Below are positions 61,101 through 64,000 of a stretch of DNA of 64,000 bases, one piece after another (position 1 is the stretch's first letter; each line of letters begins with the position of its first letter). Source of the stretch: Candidatus Poribacteria bacterium (GTDB lineage: Bacteria; Poribacteria; WGA-4E; PCPOR2b); the NCBI GenBank assembly GCA_965215015.1, contig OZ244042.1, positions 1,216,001 to 1,280,000 on the forward strand, written 5' to 3'. The notes beneath the pieces are model-generated. The model saw nothing but the letters and a program-made list of their open reading frames with translations. It was not told where the DNA came from and did no database searches. Both the position numbers and the translations under genes were made by a program.

Positions 61101-61995
61101 CATCGGTCTACCCGTTAACGATGCGAGACTGACCAATGTCAGCGACATTGCCGCGCTGTTTGCTACCGGCGTTGTCACCAGTGTCGTTGTTTCAACGGCG
61201 GATGGATACAAGTCAGTTACAGCGGCAGGGGATGTAAATGATGGACCGGTCATGGGCGATGCTGCCTATCTGGTCACAGCAACCACCGATGCAACCGCTG
61301 CACTTATCGGAACCGGTTGGAGTCAGGACACAGCAGCGGCTGCCCCTATCGCGTTGGTTAACCATCAGGTTGCCGGCCAAACCCCCGTCCTTGAGGTCAA
61401 CGGTTCGGTCGTTGATGAGACCAACGGAGTGGCCCAGGACGGATTCAGGGTCAAGGTGAAGAATCTCTCCACCAAAGCCGCACTCAACCGGGTGACCTCC
61501 GCTGAGGCAGCAACAGGCTACAACATGACCTTTGTTGACCTGAAGGTGGGGCATGCGGCACAGGTCGGGGATGTCCTGGAGATTTCGGCAGATTCACCCA
61601 GTCCGTTAATCGGGGTCCAGCCGGTGCGTCATATCGTTACCATTGACGATGTGAAAGCCACTCGGATTGAGTTGGCAGACCTCATCGCCTATGAGATTCC
61701 GTCAGAGACGGAGCTGCTGCGCAACTATCCCAATCCATTCAACCCCGAAACGTGGATACCGTATCGGTTGGCATCAGATGCGGAGGTCGTCTTGACCATC
61801 TACGATAGCACCGGCCTTGTGGTGCGAACCCTCGATATGGGGCATCAGATGGCGGCGGTCTATGAGTCGAGAGCCAAAGCCATCTACTGGGACGGCCGAA
61901 ACCGTTTCGGTGAACAGGTCGCCAGTGGCATCTACTTCTACAGCCTGAGTGCAGGAGACTTCTCTGCAACCCGTAAGATGATGATTCTGAAGTAG
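55117..61995 (+). CDS. Giant secreted/surface protein (2292 aa) with repeated beta-sandwich domains and C-terminal FlgD-Ig/T9SS-like sorting domain
   Basis: Signal peptide; about 8 repeats of AG...L.FTYTA.G.M.GG.V.L.IP.GW..P; Ig-like repeats; C-terminal LLRNYPNPFNPETWIPYRL...YWDGRN..GE.VASGIYFY. Confidence 0.9.
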   Translation: MIKPRDVNFRKLSVFFVISLMLVVGLFINDAAPQGRIYSDLISIYFNPLDSPEATDIIPIDDITAGQYQLRVAYTSHNDDDKAGFRVDIPDGIVLDRSSLRVRIRAFTAGDSRLAGAPLMFLPDTNAPDSVAFNAFTDSQKFGARRRSDGFYYFDSDPIPHHPRFKQSGTAEYALTGGESPFTDQTSIDQTGGRFLTLHDTDGEGTFSDKGIFLNGNEIIIRHSAGDFEDKTQPNRSAQEKTDRPIVQVTYLIWCDVTIPASESDVTYTFEYEVNTPASGASADAWRPLNRESIDVTASGKLPAAYHTGGAKEIDVTMDVPQNEFPDTKITVFVPNNKAPVYGSHGFGPVLEPRESADSYITRSRVGDPDADTLSIKVRGGASVQVGWGFRETADEEPPDITVATDSTLPLAAGSYWNVLKFTYRPTADNLSDGRFRIAFPSDWEVSNKFLSVMEEGDDGPVTIYETNGEGAVSADSDTDRVDFEADKRITVALDSAWGPQRFNRDLIIQLGDVTAPIPSRLDEAATDDYAAHAEYEFLCSESTRNDVLSLLPSPPVVRVGNIKGGTDRDPLKRKLTIEPGRVFSGEENTEFTLTFTAPGPMHNSSLELLFGPEGADMAHLGPQDTPVKADFNVEPRGGATLDDTTDPTPWTVDEGTATAPAKLTIPIAKLDTGQQIIVSYTRAAAIGSSADADITAWTTVRRYAVKVSTGTYASVEVSGGVWVAKAGSGKLDLSPASVEAGSQRRDIDLTYEAYTDLEDATITIEPKGIVLDDDQKLQTDTSTDYGYVSGSEGLVVNDGDTLEWSGLDLEKGKTVTAKIRRVNILAEADEYEWGVMVNDTKLANDETTDIDDRPILSVVKTSGDAVRFEVDGDDTFRAGSKATINFKFIADSTPIRDGEVRLTIPSTLGFSPPTKADATAGEVAVSGEALKSGGAGGIGADQITLSGRTITVAIGRLDVDESVTITYGAADDSKAVLHHAAGAVEVAGTFRTSRGASTRTAGTATVTLSNVEDGMGAAVLSPGTIEAGSSNRAIEVVFTAAGTMDGGAVSLEIPDGWGSMQNDPTQRNYVTTRGAGVSAVEIADRYAIATIDTLAKGGSFRFIYGGGTGAAVGAEVQDNVGTAQFVIRSDGDGDGVFEAIESDLEHTGREKIRNPDKTQKIYKDAAGILQVKVTSALDGTGTVTLDTSSVRAASDDVVLVFTYKPSQTIEDGELKFTVPSSWSQPQVEEVSLPGYTEVEGVGLGSVADDDKFSVTVPIFSLDKANDIKITYGATDAGRAVASATTGVDAFRFAVRGGESGNLAPIRTQPTVTVNPQASGKGKAVIAITDGEGSLHTGDTGRELTVTYTAAGQMVGGKVRLAVPAGWSAPTADTVTITPAIAPTFSGQMAIVEGVNLSANGTVTFVYTGDVQPNVGTGVAFAVGVHGGDAADDFDDVSGDETMLTVDVDEARRGAGSGEVAPRIVDAGATGVNLTFTYTAVGLVNAPREFRVQVPPGWTAPSSAPMDPENKGTYTVAHRHMGVTTTVSVEKLTPVGRDMVARVKLGGLEVEAGDEIIFTYQNADAPANREVSEFVMLFDGQRVNSNVSVRVQDSTPTQLTLSSAGTVSADDGAMPLGITVGLRDAEGHEVAMVSDVSVTLTSSSAGTFSELAEGTGTESITVTVAGGEVSAMVYYQDSTPGIATITATAPGLTMASQPVTVTTSVIAITEGSVTIEPALAMAGDTVTVSAMGTAGRTVMFSVGSIVTDHSMAEVSSGAYSGSFTVVADQHPDGMYDVSVSLNGQSVMVSNALTLDSTMPTVMAMASPETIANGEPVEISATVSDASSITSVMADVSTLDTTQTDGVALTMGTDGAYSASVVVSEDNTAINGSKTITVTAIDAAGNSGSGTAMVTLDNQLSYTSQIPAGTSLFHVPLAVEGLNTVGDLREMLGSDANLLIVYDSATDLWNSRSDDVPITADLGILLSMSAEATVTFTGYAWDDGASTINLTAGSNLIGLPVNDARLTNVSDIAALFATGVVTSVVVSTADGYKSVTAAGDVNDGPVMGDAAYLVTATTDATAALIGTGWSQDTAAAAPIALVNHQVAGQTPVLEVNGSVVDETNGVAQDGFRVKVKNLSTKAALNRVTSAEAATGYNMTFVDLKVGHAAQVGDVLEISADSPSPLIGVQPVRHIVTIDDVKATRIELADLIAYEIPSETELLRNYPNPFNPETWIPYRLASDAEVVLTIYDSTGLVVRTLDMGHQMAAVYESRAKAIYWDGRNRFGEQVASGIYFYSLSAGDFSATRKMMILK

Positions 61996-62022
61996 CGGCC
62001 ACACTATACATTCACTTAACAT

Positions 62023-62070
62023 AGCTGCTAAATGCCTCCTCGCAACGAGGCATTTAGCAGCTTTTTTTTT
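62023..62070 (+). terminator. Rho-independent terminator
   Basis: AGCTGCTAAATGCCTC...GAGGCATTTAGCAGCT + T-run. Confidence 0.85.
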
Positions 62071-62146
62071 GTAAATATCAACGAACAGTGTCGAGATGTG
62101 AATCTCGACCTACAGGAGATTGACTGCCAAATGCACTTTTCTTTCC

Positions 62147-62175
62147 TTGACAGTGCCCCTCCCCTGTGCTACACT
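62147..62175 (+). promoter_or_regulatory. Sigma70 promoter
   Basis: TTGACA-N17-TACACT with extended TG. Confidence 0.6.
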
Positions 62176-62250
62176 TAGTTATCGTGCGAAAAAGGTCATG
62201 TGCTTAAAATAGATCAGATTCCAACCTCGAACGGGTACAAGGAGAAAATC

Positions 62251-62910
62251 ATGCACAACCATTTCTGCCACACTGTGTGCATCCTAGCTTTATGTCTACT
62301 CCTGATGAGTTGCGGTCCAGCACCTCAAGGGGAAAGGCTGCCCATCCCAAGCGCAACTCGTTCACAGTCTACTTCAACCTCGTCGGCGACTCGAGCCTCC
62401 TCGGCTACAGGAACATTGCCTGCTGCCGCTGCAATTGATGTTACTAGGAAGCCACCCCTGAAAGTGCTCTTCAGAATGGATCATGATATCAAACGACTTG
62501 AAGACCTCTATGTGACGACAAGGGTGACGACAGGGGGGAAAATTCACAATCTCAGCGTTGTGTCTAACTGTAATTTGGAGGTATTGAAAGTGTTTGTGGC
62601 AACGGATTGGACTCCCGTTATCCTATCAGGACGTTCTAGCAAGGGACATCTATCAGCGGTTATGGGATATGATGATGCCGAGCAGCAGATTCAAATCGGA
62701 AACCCGCTCGGCGTACGGAGAAAAGGAGGGGAGCCGAGGGGCGGGCGGATGCTTACTTACTCAGACTTTGAGAAGGAGTGGGCAACCGGATCCGGACGCA
62801 CGTGTGTGCTGGTTACGCCGAAAAAACTTGACGAATCGGAAATATATGCCGCTTTGAAGAAATACCTCCCCGAAGAACAGGTCGCTCAGATTAGGGTGAG
62901 GAGTCGCTGA
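62251..62910 (+). CDS. Lipoprotein with peptidase C39-like C-terminal domain
   Basis: AAGGAG RBS, lipobox LMSC, Ser/Thr linker, PVIL....GHLSAVMGYD......NP...FEKEW. Confidence 0.65.
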   Translation: MHNHFCHTVCILALCLLLMSCGPAPQGERLPIPSATRSQSTSTSSATRASSATGTLPAAAAIDVTRKPPLKVLFRMDHDIKRLEDLYVTTRVTTGGKIHNLSVVSNCNLEVLKVFVATDWTPVILSGRSSKGHLSAVMGYDDAEQQIQIGNPLGVRRKGGEPRGGRMLTYSDFEKEWATGSGRTCVLVTPKKLDESEIYAALKKYLPEEQVAQIRVRSR

Positions 62911-63394
62911 AAAAAGTTAGGCGTTAGGGGCTTGAGTTTGTCGTAACGCCATTCAACCTGCGTCACGATAGAGGATAGACCACTAACTGTCGCCGCCCGA
63001 TGAATCTTGCGAGGCATGTTCGCCGAATTTGTAATGGTGACGTAGAACCTGCCCTTGCTGAAATTGGGGTCGCCTAAACTGCCAAATGCACCCACGTAGG
63101 CCCACTGTCTGTCAATTTTCTAAAATCGAGACTATGGACATTTCGGTGTCGAGATATGAATCTTGACCGACAAGACGTCGAGGGTTCAACCGCGCGGGCC
63201 TATCTTTAAGAATTACAGCGGATGTAGGAGGCATTTAGTTCTCCTGGAGGGATCTCCGAATCCCCACACATCGCTCAGACAAAGAGACAACCGAAAACTA
63301 AATAGCCCTAACAGCGGCTGAATCGCTATTACGAGACATTGAGGTATTCAGCTGCGTAAATCCTAGAATTAATAAACTTAGGTAGGGAAATTAG

Positions 63395-64000
63395 ATGCCT
63401 GAATTGATGCACAATCTTTTTAATACACTGCAAAGCTTTGAAGCTGATGGACAGCGTATCCATTACTATTCACTTCCTGCCTTAGAAGCACAAGGCATCG
63501 GGAAAGTTTCTAACTTACCTGTCAGCATACGCATCCTGCTGGAATCGCTACTGAGAAACTACGATAATCAGCAGATTACAGAGCCGGACATCGTGGATTT
63601 GGCAAACTGGAACCCGAAACAACCCAAACCTGTCGAAATCCCGTTTAAGCCAGCCCGTGTGCTCGCCCAGGATTTCACAGGTGTCCCCCTCCTCGTTGAT
63701 CTGGCGGCAATGCGTTCAGCGGTAGAGGAACTTGGGGGTGATCCGCAGATTATCGAGCCGCTCGTCCCTGTCGATCTGGTCATCGATCACTCCGTTCAGG
63801 TGGATGCTTATGGGACAGCGAATGCGCTACAGATTAACACCCAAAGAGAATTTGAACGGAATAAGGAACGATACGAATTTCTGAAGTGGGGGCAGCAGGC
63901 TTTTGATCAATTTAAGGTAATTCCCCCCTCCATCGGCATTGTCCATCAGGTGAATCTGGAGTATCTTGCCAAATTGGTTGTTCCTGATACGATTAACGGC
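63395..64000 (+). CDS. acnA: Aconitate hydratase AcnA, 3'-partial
   Basis: Manual translation: [52 protein letters not shown]; runs off the window. Confidence 0.95.
   Translation, partial: MPELMHNLFNTLQSFEADGQRIHYYSLPALEAQGIGKVSNLPVSIRILLESLLRNYDNQQITEPDIVDLANWNPKQPKPVEIPFKPARVLAQDFTGVPLLVDLAAMRSAVEELGGDPQIIEPLVPVDLVIDHSVQVDAYGTANALQINTQREFERNKERYEFLKWGQQAFDQFKVIPPSIGIVHQVNLEYLAKLVVPDTING

Overview
This is a 64-kb, mostly housekeeping and catabolic bacterial chromosomal window. It is probably from Candidatus Poribacteria; this is an inference from the giant surface protein ending in the NYPNPFNPETWIPY...FSATRKMMILK FlgD-Ig/T9SS-like C-terminal domain, several PhyH-type dioxygenases, a sulfatase and dense GTAG-type REP/MITE repeats. 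Recognisable genes include a peptidase-MA/beta-propeller/Omp85 fusion (partial), tkt, ltaE, a fused Type IIG restriction-modification enzyme with an AT-rich swapped specificity region, a MATE pump, tilS-hpt behind a tRNA cluster, alkaline phosphatase, glnD, an M48 peptidase, kduD, htrA, a DinG helicase, a seven-gene catabolic cluster, a VPS10/BNR protein, a 2292-aa repeat surface protein and acnA (partial). There are four tRNAs. The most unusual signals are non-coding. (i) Two ORF-less IS200/IS605-type elements (2837-3544, about 5680-6105) each carry a different, highly base-paired ~340-nt RNA-like segment directly upstream of the right-end hairpin. (ii) An internally deleted tnpB element appears to supply the promoter and RBS of the M48-glnD operon. 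(iii) A 103-bp tandem array has units made of a 60-bp intergenic segment plus a 43-bp piece of the neighbouring duplicated coiled-coil gene. (iv) A nested inverted/direct-repeat cassette lies upstream of the giant surface protein. (v) A frameshifted Cre-like recombinase is absent from the ORF track. No CRISPR-Cas, reverse transcriptase or rRNA was seen.
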